A stretch of DNA of 64,000 bases from an uncultured virus (IMG/VR IMGVR_UViG_2675903202_000003). Lineage: Duplodnaviria > Heunggongvirae > Uroviricota > Caudoviricetes. The position numbers and the translations under genes are program-made. Location: the IMG/VR virus record IMGVR_UViG_2675903202_000003, positions 22,985 through 86,984 of that record. One strand, given 5' to 3'. Below, in pieces: positions 54,646-64,000 of this stretch; positions within the stretch are counted from its first letter, which is position 1; each line of letters starts with the position of its first letter. The notes beneath the pieces are model-generated. The model was given only the letters and a program-made list of their open reading frames with translations. It made no database searches and was not told the origin of the DNA.

Positions 54646-55498
54646 GCTGCTGTCTCCAAGTCGTCGAGGGTGAGGTCGAGCTGTACGGGCGCGTCGAGGG
54701 TTGAGAGGACGCGGGTGCGCCAGGCGAGGGCGTACCGCATGCAGTTCGCGCAGTTCTTGTGGCCCACACAGCCGGGCAGGGGCGGGTTGCGGCGGCCTGG
54801 TACGACCAGGCCATGGAGTCTGCGGTGGTGAGCCACCGCCCGTACCGGGCGAGGCCGCCGGTCTTCACACCGAAGCCGTGCAGCGGGAGGTCGAGCTGGG
54901 CGAGCTCGCGGAAGATGAGCGCGATCTCGCTCGTGTTCTGGCGGCGGCAGACGGAGCCGACACCGACGACCGGGTAGTTCTCCGCGAGGCGGACGCCGGC
55001 GGACTCGTACAGGTCGACGCACCGCAGGTAGTCGTCGAGGGTCCAGCCCTGGATCACGGGCATGATCGGGCAGTCGCCCGCGCCGCGCTCCGGCCAGAGG
55101 GCTTCCAGCTCAAGGAAGTTGGAGACGGTGCGTTCCTGGTGTTCCCGGACCGTCAGGCCCGTCCGGTCGAGCATGACGGGCTCGACCATCCAGTCCTGCG
55201 GTGCAGCCCACGCGATGTCGCCGATCTCGTCGTCGTAGCGGAGCAGCGCTTCCACGTATTCGCCGGGGGTGGTGACCCACCGGCCGTTCATCGACAGTTC
55301 GGTGAAGCCGCCCGAGTCGACGGCGTAGTGCCGCCACTCCGGGCGGGGCAGCTTCTTCATCGGGGCCAGGACACGGTGGGAGATGAACAGCGACACCTCG
55401 TGCGGCGCGTCGACCAGCCATCGCGGTCGGTGCGTGCCGAGGTAGAAGTTCATGGCCTGGTCGTCGCAGATCAGCGTCCGCGGTGGAGTGGCGGTCAT
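54642..55498 (-). CDS. Queuine tRNA-ribosyltransferase (TGT)/DpdA-like protein (1-nt frameshift near 54796)
   Basis: DSGGFTEL, APQDWM.EP, PVIQGW, GVGSVCRR, LHGFGVK, ADSMAWS; C-terminal C..H.NCANC. Confidence 0.82.
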
Positions 55499-56598
55499 GA
55501 CGACCCCGCAATCGCGGCCTCGGCGCACGCCTTGTGCGAGGGTCTGCCCGTGTCGTCAAGCAGGGACGCGAGTCCGCCGCAGTGTCGGCATGGCAGCCGA
55601 CGGCCACCGTTCCAGTGGGAGCGGTCGCTCCAGTCCAAAATGGGCGCTGGGCGGGCTACGGCCGCCGAGTGCGGAGATTCAGGGGCAGTCGCCTCCTCGG
55701 GCTCGGCGCATTCGATGAGGTGGCTCTTGCGGTGGGTAGTCGGACGCACCTCCGGCTGCCAATCCGACGAGCGGCCGGTGGCTCCCTCGAACAATGCACG
55801 CGACTTGGGTGAGACGAGCAGCGTGTACTGGTCGAACCAGTTGACCGGCACGATGCCGCGCTCGGGCGCCATCTCAGCGACGTCGTCCAGCGTCATGCCA
55901 CCCCAAGGCTCGTGCTTGACGTGCGAGCGACCACACGGACGGCCCTTGGTGATCGGGCAGGTCGGGAAGTCGGGCAAGGCGCAGCGGGCCATGCGGATCT
56001 CTCGAAGTCCAAGCGCCGTGACACCGCGTGCGGGCGGCAGGGCCTCCCACAGTTGCTTGTTCATGCCGACGGACGGCACTCGCCAGAACCAGTTGGGCTT
56101 GTCCTCCGGGTAGTCGCGGTCGCTGATCCATGTGGAGGTGAGCAGCCCCGCCTCAACAGCCTTGGCTGTCCGGGTGATGGCGTGGTACTTGCTGAGCGCC
56201 GACCGCTGGACCTCGACCGCCACGCCGTGCGTGCCGCGCAACACGATGTCGGGGCGGACACCAGTTCCCAGCGAGACTTCGGTCTCGACGGAAAACCCAG
56301 CAGCCTCGCCGGCGCGGACGACGTACTCGACCTGCCGCTTGTGCTCATCACTCATCAACGAGGGGCTGTGGTTGGAGCAGGCGGTCCCGTCGAAGTGGCT
56401 GGCGAACATTGCGCCGCGGACCTCACGGAGGTAGACCGCCTGAGGTCGGCCGGTCGCCTCACAGAACAGCACGGGGTCGGTTGCGCTCATCCCACTGCCG
56501 TGGAGTTCGGCGATGATTTCCTGGCCGCGCTTGTCGGGCTCAAAGAGGCTGAACTTGGTCTCTTCGCCGTCCTTGCGGTAGACGAGTTCGCCGTTCAT
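55495..56598 (-). CDS. CoiA-like PD-(D/E)XK nuclease
   Basis: MSDEHKR, G.....EV....VRPDIV......AVEVQRS. Confidence 0.7.
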   Translation of the reverse strand: MNGELVYRKDGEETKFSLFEPDKRGQEIIAELHGSGMSATDPVLFCEATGRPQAVYLREVRGAMFASHFDGTACSNHSPSLMSDEHKRQVEYVVRAGEAAGFSVETEVSLGTGVRPDIVLRGTHGVAVEVQRSALSKYHAITRTAKAVEAGLLTSTWISDRDYPEDKPNWFWRVPSVGMNKQLWEALPPARGVTALGLREIRMARCALPDFPTCPITKGRPCGRSHVKHEPWGGMTLDDVAEMAPERGIVPVNWFDQYTLLVSPKSRALFEGATGRSSDWQPEVRPTTHRKSHLIECAEPEEATAPESPHSAAVARPAPILDWSDRSHWNGGRRLPCRHCGGLASLLDDTGRPSHKACAEAAIAGSS

Positions 56599-56792
56599 GC
56601 GGCGTCACCTGCCGACGCGCCATCCGACGGGAGAGTGGAGATGTTCCACCAGCAGCGCCACATGTGGCCGCACTCGGTGCACGCGTAGTCGCCGACGAGG
56701 TCCGCGCCTTCGATGCGGGTGCCGGTCGGGGCGTGGGGGCCTTCCAGGCACGCGGGGCAGTTATCCGTGTAGACGGGTTCGCAGTAGCTCAT
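56595..56792 (-). CDS. Small Zn-ribbon protein
   Basis: DNCPAC...Y.C..CGH.W...W. Confidence 0.65.
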   Translation of the reverse strand: MSYCEPVYTDNCPACLEGPHAPTGTRIEGADLVGDYACTECGHMWRCWWNISTLPSDGASAGDAA

Positions 56793-56818
56793 TGCTGGTC
56801 TCCGGGGGGGGAAGCCCG

Positions 56819-58180
56819 TTAGGACACAGGCCGCAGGTGGCCCTTGGCTGCGGGGCTCGACGGAGTCGGCTCCACGGCCATGTCGACAAAGCGCGAGTAG
56901 TGGCCCTGGAACGCGACCGTCACGGTCGCCGTGGGGCCGTGACGGTGCTTGTCGACGATGAAGTCGGCCTCGCCCGAGCGCGGCGACTCCTTCTCGTAGG
57001 CGTCGTCGCGGTGCAGAAGGATCACTGCGTCCGCGTCGGCTTCGATCGCGCCGGAGTCCTTCAAGTCGCTCGACATCGGCCGGCGGTCCTGGCGGCCCAT
57101 GACCTCGCGGTTGAGTTGGGCCAGCACGATGATGGGGACGCCGACCTCGCGGGCGATCTGCTTCAGGCCGCGGGTCAGTTCGGCGACGGCCTGCTGCCGG
57201 TTCTCCGTGCGGCCCGATGTGGTGAGGATGCCGAGGTAGTCGACGATCGCGATGCGGACGCCGGTGGTGCGTTTCATGTGGCGGAGCCGCGCGCGGATGC
57301 GTGCGAGCCCGGCGCCGGGTGTGTCGTCGATCGTGATGGCGGACTGCTGGATCTTCTCCATGGCGGTGGCCATGCGTGCCCAGTCGTCCTCTTTGAGGAG
57401 TGCCCGGTTCTGGTGTGGTGCAGGATCGCGTGGAGTGGGACGCGGCCCTCGGCGGAGATCATCCGCTTCATGAGTTCGCTGCCGGACATCTCCAGCGTCG
57501 CGTAGTAGACGGGCTCTTGCCGTTTGATGCCGACGTGCCGGGCGACGTCCATCCCGAACGTGGACTTGCCGATGCCGGGGCGGGCACCGACCACGATGAG
57601 GTGCCCGGGGCGGATCGACATGAGGGAGTCGAGGTCGATGAACCCGGTGGGGACACGGTCAGCGTCGGTGCCCTGCTCGATCTCGTCGATGACCGAATGC
57701 ACCAGCTCCGAAGCTTGGACAGTGCCCGAGCCGGAGTCGGTGTCGGACAGTTCGTCCAGCCACGACTGCAGGAGTTCCGCGTCGTCCTCCGGCGGGCGTT
57801 CACCCCGTTCTGCCGGCCTGCTGGACGCGGACACCGAACTGCCACAGCCGCGCCTTCCACGCTCGCGCTTTCACGTCCGCGATGTAGTAGCCGACCTGTG
57901 AGGGGAGGGCGGCTTCCTCGACGAGGGCGTACAGGAGCGGGCCGTCGAGGCGGCCGACCAGGTGGCCGCCTTTCTGGAGTTCGGACAGGACGATCGGCGG
58001 GGACACCTGGCTGCCCTTGCCGACCAGGTCCAGGACGGTGCCGTAGATCGTCTGGTGGTTCGGGTCGCGCAGGTCCGTGGCGTGGATCTGTTCCACGACC
58101 GTGACGGCGAGGTCGGTCGTGGACATCGCGGCGCCGATCAGGGCCCGCTCGGACGCGTACTTCGCGTCGCTGGTGGTCAT
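56819..58180 (-). CDS. dnaB: Replicative DnaB-like helicase (frameshifts near 57814 and 57412)
   Basis: ERALIGA, PTGFIDLD, GARPGIGKS, LEMS, VDYLG, LAQLNR, DLKDSGAIEADAD, KHRHGPT. Confidence 0.92.
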
Positions 58181-58731
58181 GACGCCCTCCGGTCCGGGCC
58201 GCCGAACTCGACGCGCGTGTACCCGTCGCCGAGGCGGGATCCGATCCGGTCGCCCAGGATCTTCACCAGGTCCGGGTAGTTCGACGTGACCACGACCGGG
58301 AGTTCGTTCGCCCACCGGTGGTCGACGACCGAGTACAGGTGTTCGGCTCCCCATTCCTTGAGGCGCCATGCCCCGAGGTCGTCGAGGGCGAGGAACTCGC
58401 ACTCCCGCATCCTGCGGAGGCGCTCATCGTCGACGGGCGGGCGGATCACCTCCGCGAAGCCGGTGGCGGTGACGATCTCCCACCGGCCGCGCCACCCGTT
58501 GTGCAGGAGCGTTTCGACGCACTTCCACAGGCTCCAGGACTTGCCCGTCCCGGTGGGGCCCTCCAGAGCGAGGGCGCGGTTCTCGCCGCGGACCATGCCT
58601 TCGAGCCATGCGTGGACGCGGTTGTCGAGCCATCCGCGTTTGGCGAACGCGGCCGGGCGCCGGTCGTAGAACCGGGCGAGGCGGGCCTGCTGGTCCTCTC
58701 GGAGGAACTCTTCGTATTCGTCGCCGGTCAT
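58177..58731 (-). CDS. DnaC/IstB-like helicase-loader ATPase
   Basis: GPTGTGKS, LALDDLG, P.VVTSN, GDRI.SRL. Confidence 0.88.
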   Translation of the reverse strand: MTGDEYEEFLREDQQARLARFYDRRPAAFAKRGWLDNRVHAWLEGMVRGENRALALEGPTGTGKSWSLWKCVETLLHNGWRGRWEIVTATGFAEVIRPPVDDERLRRMRECEFLALDDLGAWRLKEWGAEHLYSVVDHRWANELPVVVTSNYPDLVKILGDRIGSRLGDGYTRVEFGGPDRRAS

Positions 58732-59787
58732 CGGCGGTCCTTCCAGAGGTCGTTGACGTTGTCGAGGGGCCCGAACCCGAAGGGGCCGTCAGTGCCGGTC
58801 TGCTGTCTCCGGCTGAGTTCGAGTTCGTCTGTCCAGTGCTCGCCGTTCAGCCAGGTGGCCGGGTCCTTGATGAACCGCTGCTCGCGGCCCTCGGACTTCA
58901 CGACCTCGCGGTAACGCTCGGAGCCCGCGATGATCACGAACGGGGCGGCCTTCTTCACGGCCTTCGCCCACGCCTTACGCGCGGCGGCCTTCCCGGTCTT
59001 CTTCGGCCACCCGGACCAGAACTTCACCCAGTCGGGGTCGTCGTCGCTGCCGGGGTCCGGCGCTTTGGGGGGTGCTGGGTCCGGCATGCCGGGGAGCAGG
59101 CCGGTCGTGTCGGCAGGTCCCGCTGCGGGGTCTTCGTCGCCCTTCGCTGGCTGCTCTTGGGGTGCTGAACCGTTGTTGGAAGGGATTCGGGAACCCTTCG
59201 CGGAACCCTTACCCAAGGCATTCCGCCTCGGAAGGGTTCGGCTTGGGGGCCGAGGAACCCTTCGGTGGGGTTCCCCGCTCCACGCCGAGCCGAGCCTCGA
59301 TGTCCGTGATGAAAGCGCGCAGGACCTGCCTGGCCTCAGAGGAGTTGCTCTCCGCGACGGGAAGCCGGTGGAGTTCGGCGAGGAGCTCCGCGAGGATCTT
59401 CGGCGACTCGACCAGAGTTGCGGCTTCCCGAGCGGACTTCAGCAGGTTGGGGCTCTTCCAGACGCGGTCGCGGCGGATGAAGGAGCGGAGGAGTACCTCT
59501 TCGGTGTCCTCGTCGACCACGATCAGCGGGCGCTTGCCCTCCTCTTCGGCCTCTCCCGTGGGGCCGGTCTTCGCGAGCCCTTCCAGGTCTTCCTGAACCT
59601 GGGCGGCCGTGAGGTCGACGGCTGAGCGGGCCCAGCGGCGCATCCGCAGCGAGATCACACCGCAGAAGCTGAGGTCCGGCTGACTGAGCAGGAACAAGTA
59701 CATGCGCTGCTCACGTGCGGACCTCTCGAGGAACGTCTTGTCCCTCCAGATCGAGGCGAAGATCCGTGCCTCTTTACGGCCAGCCAT
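58728..59787 (-). CDS. Phage replication initiator (split near 59215)
   Basis: ARIFASIW.D..F, YLFLLSQP.L..CG, D.DT.E.L.RSFIR.D; C-part FW..WP.K.GK.AA.KAW, P.TWLN.E.W.DE. Confidence 0.82.
59178..59275. repeat. Iteron-like GGAACCCTT/GGAAGGG(T/A)TC repeats (probable phage origin)
   Basis: Copies at 59178, 59190, 59202, 59230 and 59254 within the initiator linker. Confidence 0.65.
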
Positions 59788-59840
59788 CAGGTGATGCACT
59801 CCCCTGTTCGTTCTCGGATGCGACTAGAGACTACTTGCTG

Positions 59841-59921
59841 CACCTCATGATGTCACCTCATGATCTAACATCATGTTTTAGGATCATGTCCACGGGTCTT
59901 GATGCAGGCCCATGAGGTGAC
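59841..59921. promoter_or_regulatory. Operator array CACCTCATG in a divergent promoter
   Basis: CACCTCATGA at 59841 and 59854; inverted CATGAGGTGAC at 59911; additional ATCATG copies between. Confidence 0.6.
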
Positions 59922-59951
59922 CCGACTAAGTACCTGTGCGACGATGGGGGC

Positions 59952-60170
59952 GTGACCCCCGAGGAAGAGGCAACGATGCAGGCCGACCTGAGGAAGGCCG
60001 CACGCTCGAACAAGCGCGCCGAGGCCACCGCCGAGCGGACCCGTCTGGAGCTCCGCCGGCTCATCCTCGAAGCCTCCGAGCAGGGGATGAAGCCCACAAA
60101 AATCGTGGAAGCGATCGACCGGCGCTACACCGACTCGCATGTGTCGCGCATGATCCACGGCAAGGCTTGA
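59952..60170 (+). CDS. Small HTH regulator divergent from the replication operon
   Basis: LRRLILEA...GMKP..IV......YT..HVSRMI. Confidence 0.78.
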   Translation: MTPEEEATMQADLRKAARSNKRAEATAERTRLELRRLILEASEQGMKPTKIVEAIDRRYTDSHVSRMIHGKA

Positions 60171-60172
60171 CC

Positions 60173-60606
60173 TCATGCCGCCGCCTCCGCCTGGGAGGCG
60201 CCCGCCCGCTGCTCGCGGTCCTTGCGCTGCTGGTACTCCTCCGACACGCACACCTTGCAGCGCGCGTACAGCCCGTCCCGACGTGACCGGTCCTTGTGGA
60301 AGTCACGGCGGCCCGGACCTGCTGGCAGGTCCCGCACCACTTCTCCCCCGCGGCGAGGATAAGTTGCCCGAACGGCAGTTGGTCCTGCCCGTGCGTCCAC
60401 GACACGAGCTCCGCGACCGGGACGTCATCGGGGACGAGCGCGGCCAGAGCGATCACCAGGCTGGCGATCTGGTCGGTGTCGCCGCTGAACAGGACGGGCG
60501 CGAGGGCGGCGTGGGTGCCGGGGACGTCGCGGTCGTGGACGTTCACCACCATCTCGAGGGCGGTGGGGAGCATCTCCTCGACCAGGTCCGAGGCGGGGTC
60601 GCTCAT
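60173..60606 (-). CDS. Hypothetical protein with C-terminal Zn finger (1-nt frameshift near 60311)
   Basis: KWCGTC...F.KDRSR.DGL...CKVC. Confidence 0.7.
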
Positions 60607-61235
60607 GCCGCGTCCGCCGTCTGGTCGACTCGGTTGGATGCGCGGCGGCGTAGCCAACGGCGGCGCGCGTCGGCGCGTTCCTCTTCGCCGAGCGCGCCCC
60701 ACACGCCGTGGCGTTCGTTCTGGGTGAAGGCCCATTCGAGGCATGCTTCGCGGACGGGGCACCAGCTGCAGATTTCCTTCGCGACGCTCTCGCGGCGGAG
60801 CATGTCGACCCGTCGTTCGCCGGGCGGCCCGAACCACAGGATTAGGTCGTCGCCCTGGCAGGCGCCCTTTTCCTGCCAGGTGAAGTCCGGCCGGATGAAC
60901 CCGGCGCGGCGCGGGCCGCGTTTTTCCGGCCCGGTCTCCTCCTCGGGTAGGTCGTCGGAGTGGAGACCGAGGACGTCGAGGGCGGCTTGGGTCCACGCGG
61001 CGTCCCGTGCGTGGTCGGGATGGGTGCACGTCGTGATGCCCGCGTCCCGGTCGAGTTCGCAGGGGTGCTGCGCTACGGCCACGTCGGCGACGCCGATGGC
61101 TGCTTCGCGGTTGATGGCGGCCTCGACCTCGGGGTCCATCGCGGGCATTGAGAGGTAGGCGTCGTCGATGATCTGCCCGCCGATCGGCTTCGCCTGGACG
61201 CGGGCGGCCTGCTCAACCTGGTGTGAGAGCGCCAT
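60603..61235 (-). CDS. whiB: WhiB-family transcription factor with N-terminal extension
   Basis: W...GAC...WF...AKEIC..CPVR..CL..A...E.HGVWGAL.EEER. Confidence 0.92.
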   Translation of the reverse strand: MALSHQVEQAARVQAKPIGGQIIDDAYLSMPAMDPEVEAAINREAAIGVADVAVAQHPCELDRDAGITTCTHPDHARDAAWTQAALDVLGLHSDDLPEEETGPEKRGPRRAGFIRPDFTWQEKGACQGDDLILWFGPPGERRVDMLRRESVAKEICSWCPVREACLEWAFTQNERHGVWGALGEEERADARRRWLRRRASNRVDQTADAA

Positions 61236-61260
61236 CAAGCACCGACCTTCCTGGTCCGGC

Positions 61261-61488
61261 TCACGACGCGTGCCCAGTCATCGGTGCCGGTCTGCTCGAG
61301 CGTGAGCGGCGCGGGGCGGCCCGCAGAGCCTTGTACATTGCGGCCACCAGTTCGTCGAGGCAGGTGTCGTCGATCTCGATGCAGGTGCGGTGTCCGTCCG
61401 CCTCGTCGGCCGCGACGAGACGGAGACCGCCCCGGGCGGGGACGACCTCGAGGGTGTCGCCGGCCATGTCGGTGTACAGGTACGTCAT
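61261..61488 (-). CDS. Hypothetical protein
   Basis: ATGA overlap; YTD..GD.LEV.P. Confidence 0.6.
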   Translation of the reverse strand: MTYLYTDMAGDTLEVVPARGGLRLVAADEADGHRTCIEIDDTCLDELVAAMYKALRAAPRRSRSSRPAPMTGHAS

Positions 61489-62003
61489 GACGCCTTCGCC
61501 TCCTCGGCCTCGAGGACGGCGTAGAACTCCGACGTCTTGATCCGCTCCCACACCTCGGGGGCGATGTGCGTGGCGTCGCCGGAGTCGAGTTCAGCGCCCC
61601 AAGTCACGTAGATGGCGTCACCGTGGGGGGCGATGCCGCACTGCATGAACGTGTGGCCGGTGAACGCGACCTCGGGCATGCCGCCGGGCATGTTCTTGCG
61701 GGGGTCCGGACGGCGGAGGGCGTCCAGACGCTTGCCGATCTCCTTGCCCGTGGTGGTGCGGCGGGCCGGGGTGATGGTGCCCTTGAGGTCGCGGTTGCGG
61801 CGCCAGCCTGCCGGGGGTTCCCCGTTGTGGGTGACACCGATGACCCGGGTTTCGCCCTGTACGACGGGGTTGCTGTCGGGGAAGCCGAGGTCGGTGAGGG
61901 TGGCGTCGACGCGGTCGCGCCAGGCGACCTGTGCTTCGGCCGCGCCGGTGTTTCGCCAGTGTTCGAGGACGTCCGGATGCGTGCTTCGGTAGACGATCTT
62001 CAC
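61485..62003 (-). CDS. Hypothetical protein
   Basis: PP.GWR, GMP, WE.IK.SEFY..LE. Confidence 0.7.
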   Translation of the reverse strand: MKIVYRSTHPDVLEHWRNTGAAEAQVAWRDRVDATLTDLGFPDSNPVVQGETRVIGVTHNGEPPAGWRRNRDLKGTITPARRTTTGKEIGKRLDALRRPDPRKNMPGGMPEVAFTGHTFMQCGIAPHGDAIYVTWGAELDSGDATHIAPEVWERIKTSEFYAVLEAEEAKAS

Positions 62004-62413
62004 GAGGCGCGCTCCTCGATCGTCTCGATGAGGAACCGCACCGGCTTGCCGTGCGCCCGCGCGTATGCGATCTCGCTGCGGGTCGACTCGCCGTAGTAGC
62101 CGGAGGCGTCCGAGACCACCAGGACCTCATCGGCGAGGTCAATCTTCCGCTTGTGGAGTTCGTCGAGCGCGACCTTCTCGGTCGAGTCGTGGGCGACGCC
62201 CTCGCCGTGGCCGTGCTCCGCCTTCGCGTGCGGGTAGAAGCCGACCGACAGGACGATCTGGCCTTGCATGGTCAGGTCGTAGTTGGCCTTCTGGAACTCG
62301 TCGTAGAAGCGGGTGGATCCGCACAGGACCGTGATGGTGGGGCGGCGCCCCGGGAAGTCCCGGACGAGGTCGTGGTGCTCGCTGCAGTCGGTGGTGAAGT
62401 GGGGGTAGCTCAT
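62000..62413 (-). CDS. Nucleoside 2-deoxyribosyltransferase-like protein
   Basis: LCGSTRF, LDELHKRKIDLADEVLVV...GY.GESTRSEI.YA...GKPV. Confidence 0.8.
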   Translation of the reverse strand: MSYPHFTTDCSEHHDLVRDFPGRRPTITVLCGSTRFYDEFQKANYDLTMQGQIVLSVGFYPHAKAEHGHGEGVAHDSTEKVALDELHKRKIDLADEVLVVSDASGYYGESTRSEIAYARAHGKPVRFLIETIEERAS

Positions 62414-62691
62414 GAGGGGTTCTCCTCGGTCTGGAGTACGGCGGACGTGAACTCGCGGCATCCGCATCTGGTGGCGTTCGGGCCGGTCGAGACGGAGCAG
62501 GCGGTGCGGCGCCCCGTGGCGGTGAGGTTGTGGAGCACGTCGAGGTGCTCGCAGGTGCACACCACGCCGGGGCCGGGCCGGGCAGGCGGGACACGCTCGG
62601 GGGCCCGTGCCCCCTCCTGCCCGGCGTTGGTGGCCTCGCCCGCCGGGGGCATGACACCCGGGAGGCGAGGCTGCTTACGGTGGCGGGTCAT
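62410..62691 (-). CDS. Small Cys/His protein
   Basis: C.C.H...H.....R.AC......CGC..F. Confidence 0.6.
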   Translation of the reverse strand: MTRHRKQPRLPGVMPPAGEATNAGQEGARAPERVPPARPGPGVVCTCEHLDVLHNLTATGRRTACSVSTGPNATRCGCREFTSAVLQTEENPS

Positions 62692-62876
62692 CGGCGGTCA
62701 CCCGCCGGCTGCGTGGCGGCGGCACCGTTCGCGCCCCGCTCGAGGTGTTCGGCGACATCGCCGCGGGAGTGGCCCTCCTCGAGCATCACCGCGGCCGTGT
62801 GCATCACGCCGTAGCAGGTGACGATGATGGCTTGGAGGCGGCGGACCTCGCGCTCGAGCTGCTCGGTGTCACTCAT
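62688..62876 (-). CDS. Small hypothetical protein
   Basis: Coupled overlaps; helical. Confidence 0.55.
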   Translation of the reverse strand: MSDTEQLEREVRRLQAIIVTCYGVMHTAAVMLEEGHSRGDVAEHLERGANGAAATQPAGDRR

Positions 62877-63450
62877 TCGTCGGCTCCGGCTCCGGTTCGG
62901 GCTCGGGTTCCGTGGTCGACGGCGTCTCCGACGGGGCCGTCGAAGTGGTGCTCGCGGGCGTCGGGGACGGCGCCACCGGCGTCGAGGTGCTGGGCGTCGG
63001 AGACGGGGCCGGGGCCGTCTTCGACGGCGACGGGGTGGGCGTCGGCGAGGGCGAAGGCGTACGCCGCGGCGTGGGCTCCGGGGACGGGTCCGTGTCGACC
63101 GGTCGGGCGGCCGGTGCCGACGACCGCGGCCGGGTGACCGTCGGGGCGGGCTCGGCGGGTTCGCTCGACTCGGTGGGGGTGGGTACGGACGCGAGCGGGG
63201 TGTGCGGCGGCCTCGCGAGCTCGTACGCCACGGCGAACGCGACGAGCGCGGCGCAGAGGACCGCGGTCATTCCCGCGGTGGGGCCCGCCCACGAACGGCG
63301 GTGCGGGCTCTCGCGGCGGTGCGCGGGCCGGCGTGCGAGCGTGACGGGGATCGGCGGATGCCCGTCGACGGCGGTGTCGCTGATCTCCGCCCGGACCGCG
63401 GGGAAAACGTCGGTGGTCTCCGCTGCTCCGTCGAGGAAGTCGTCGTACAT
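62869..63450 (-). CDS. Membrane protein with Pro/Ser/Thr-rich tail
   Basis: One TM helix followed by PTPSPSPTP low-complexity sequence. Confidence 0.65.
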   Translation of the reverse strand: MYDDFLDGAAETTDVFPAVRAEISDTAVDGHPPIPVTLARRPAHRRESPHRRSWAGPTAGMTAVLCAALVAFAVAYELARPPHTPLASVPTPTESSEPAEPAPTVTRPRSSAPAARPVDTDPSPEPTPRRTPSPSPTPTPSPSKTAPAPSPTPSTSTPVAPSPTPASTTSTAPSETPSTTEPEPEPEPEPTNE

Positions 63451-63788
63451 CACAGTGACTCGCCTGCCTCTCCGATAGAGCGGAGCTGCACCGTGGGCGC
63501 GGACGCGTCACCGGTGCGGAGACGGGCAACCTCGGCGCGTTCGGCGGCCAGGTCGTACTCGGTCTGGCGGAGTCGGGACCGCAGCTGGGCGACGCGGAGG
63601 ATGTGCCCTACCGCGGCCATGTACACGACGAATGCGGCGCCGGTGATCCAGGCGGCGAGCGGGGACGTGAGGACCGTGGTGGCGGTGATGGCGAAGAACG
63701 CGGCGCCGGTGACTCCGAGGGTCGCCTGCGGGTGCCGTGCCGCAGCGTCCAAGGACCTGTTCACCGGGCGTGGGATACGGATGTTCAT
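63450..63788 (-). CDS. Two-TM membrane protein
   Basis: Two hydrophobic segments then a coiled coil. Confidence 0.65.
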   Translation of the reverse strand: MNIRIPRPVNRSLDAAARHPQATLGVTGAAFFAITATTVLTSPLAAWITGAAFVVYMAAVGHILRVAQLRSRLRQTEYDLAAERAEVARLRTGDASAPTVQLRSIGEAGESL

Positions 63789-64000
63789 GCCGCGTCACCG
63801 CCGTCCCACGAGTGGACCAGCAGCCCAAGGTCGTACGCCCACGCCGGCTGCTCGTCGGTGATCTCCGTGTGGTGCGGGCGGCACAGCGGCGCCATGTTCG
63901 CCGGGTCAATGATGGAGCCGCCACGGGCGCGCGTGAGGGGCTCGTGGACGTCGTCCGCAGGACGACCGCAATCAGGGACCGCGCACGTCGGGGCGTCTCC
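63785..64000 (-). CDS. HNH-like protein, C-terminal part (truncated by window edge)
   Basis: C.VP.C...ADDVHE...RARGG..IDPAN..PLCR.HH..I. Confidence 0.75.
   Translation of the reverse strand, partial: GDAPTCAVPDCGRPADDVHEPLTRARGGSIIDPANMAPLCRPHHTEITDEQPAWAYDLGLLVHSWDGGDAA

Larger units (their letters stand above)
6099..64000 (-). mobile_element. Siphovirus-type actinophage/prophage core (lysis-tail-head-packaging-late accessory-early/replication); continues past the right edge; left boundary unknown and may include 1-6100
   Basis: Contiguous, co-oriented, stop/start-overlapping genes in canonical order: terminase, portal, scaffold, capsid, connectors, tail tube, chaperones, tape measure, tail tip, lysis, plus a phage replication module. 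No integrase in window. Confidence 0.95.

Overview
GC-rich actinobacterial DNA; the codon style and DUF397/WhiB content suggest a Streptosporangiales/Streptomyces-like host (inference). Almost the whole window (about 6.1-64 kb) is one large siphovirus-type prophage or phage read on the minus strand. From right to left it runs: early and replication genes (WhiB, RepA-like initiator with iterons, DnaC-like loader, DnaB); DNA-modification genes (TGT/DpdA-like protein, C5 methyltransferase, truncated type IIG-like N6 methyltransferase); late regulators; an accessory fibre plus glycosylation cluster; HNH, terminase, portal, head and tail genes; and a lysis cassette. The left 6 kb is a cargo or flank region. 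It holds two tandem Y-RNA-like hairpins, one with a circularly permuted tRNA-like domain, directly upstream of a Ro60/TROVE gene, followed by GntR and XRE-DUF397-HATPase regulators. No integrase or att site is visible, so the prophage boundaries are unresolved. About 14 genes carry small frameshifts, mostly 1 nt in G/C runs, probably sequencing error. Best candidates for new biology: (1) the Ro60 plus Y RNA pair displaying anticodon-like loops; (2) a fibre, glycosyltransferase, sugar-epimerase and methyltransferase virion-glycosylation module; (3) a SAM-binding-only methyltransferase fragment that may be a decoy. All family calls come from motif recognition by eye; no database searches were run.
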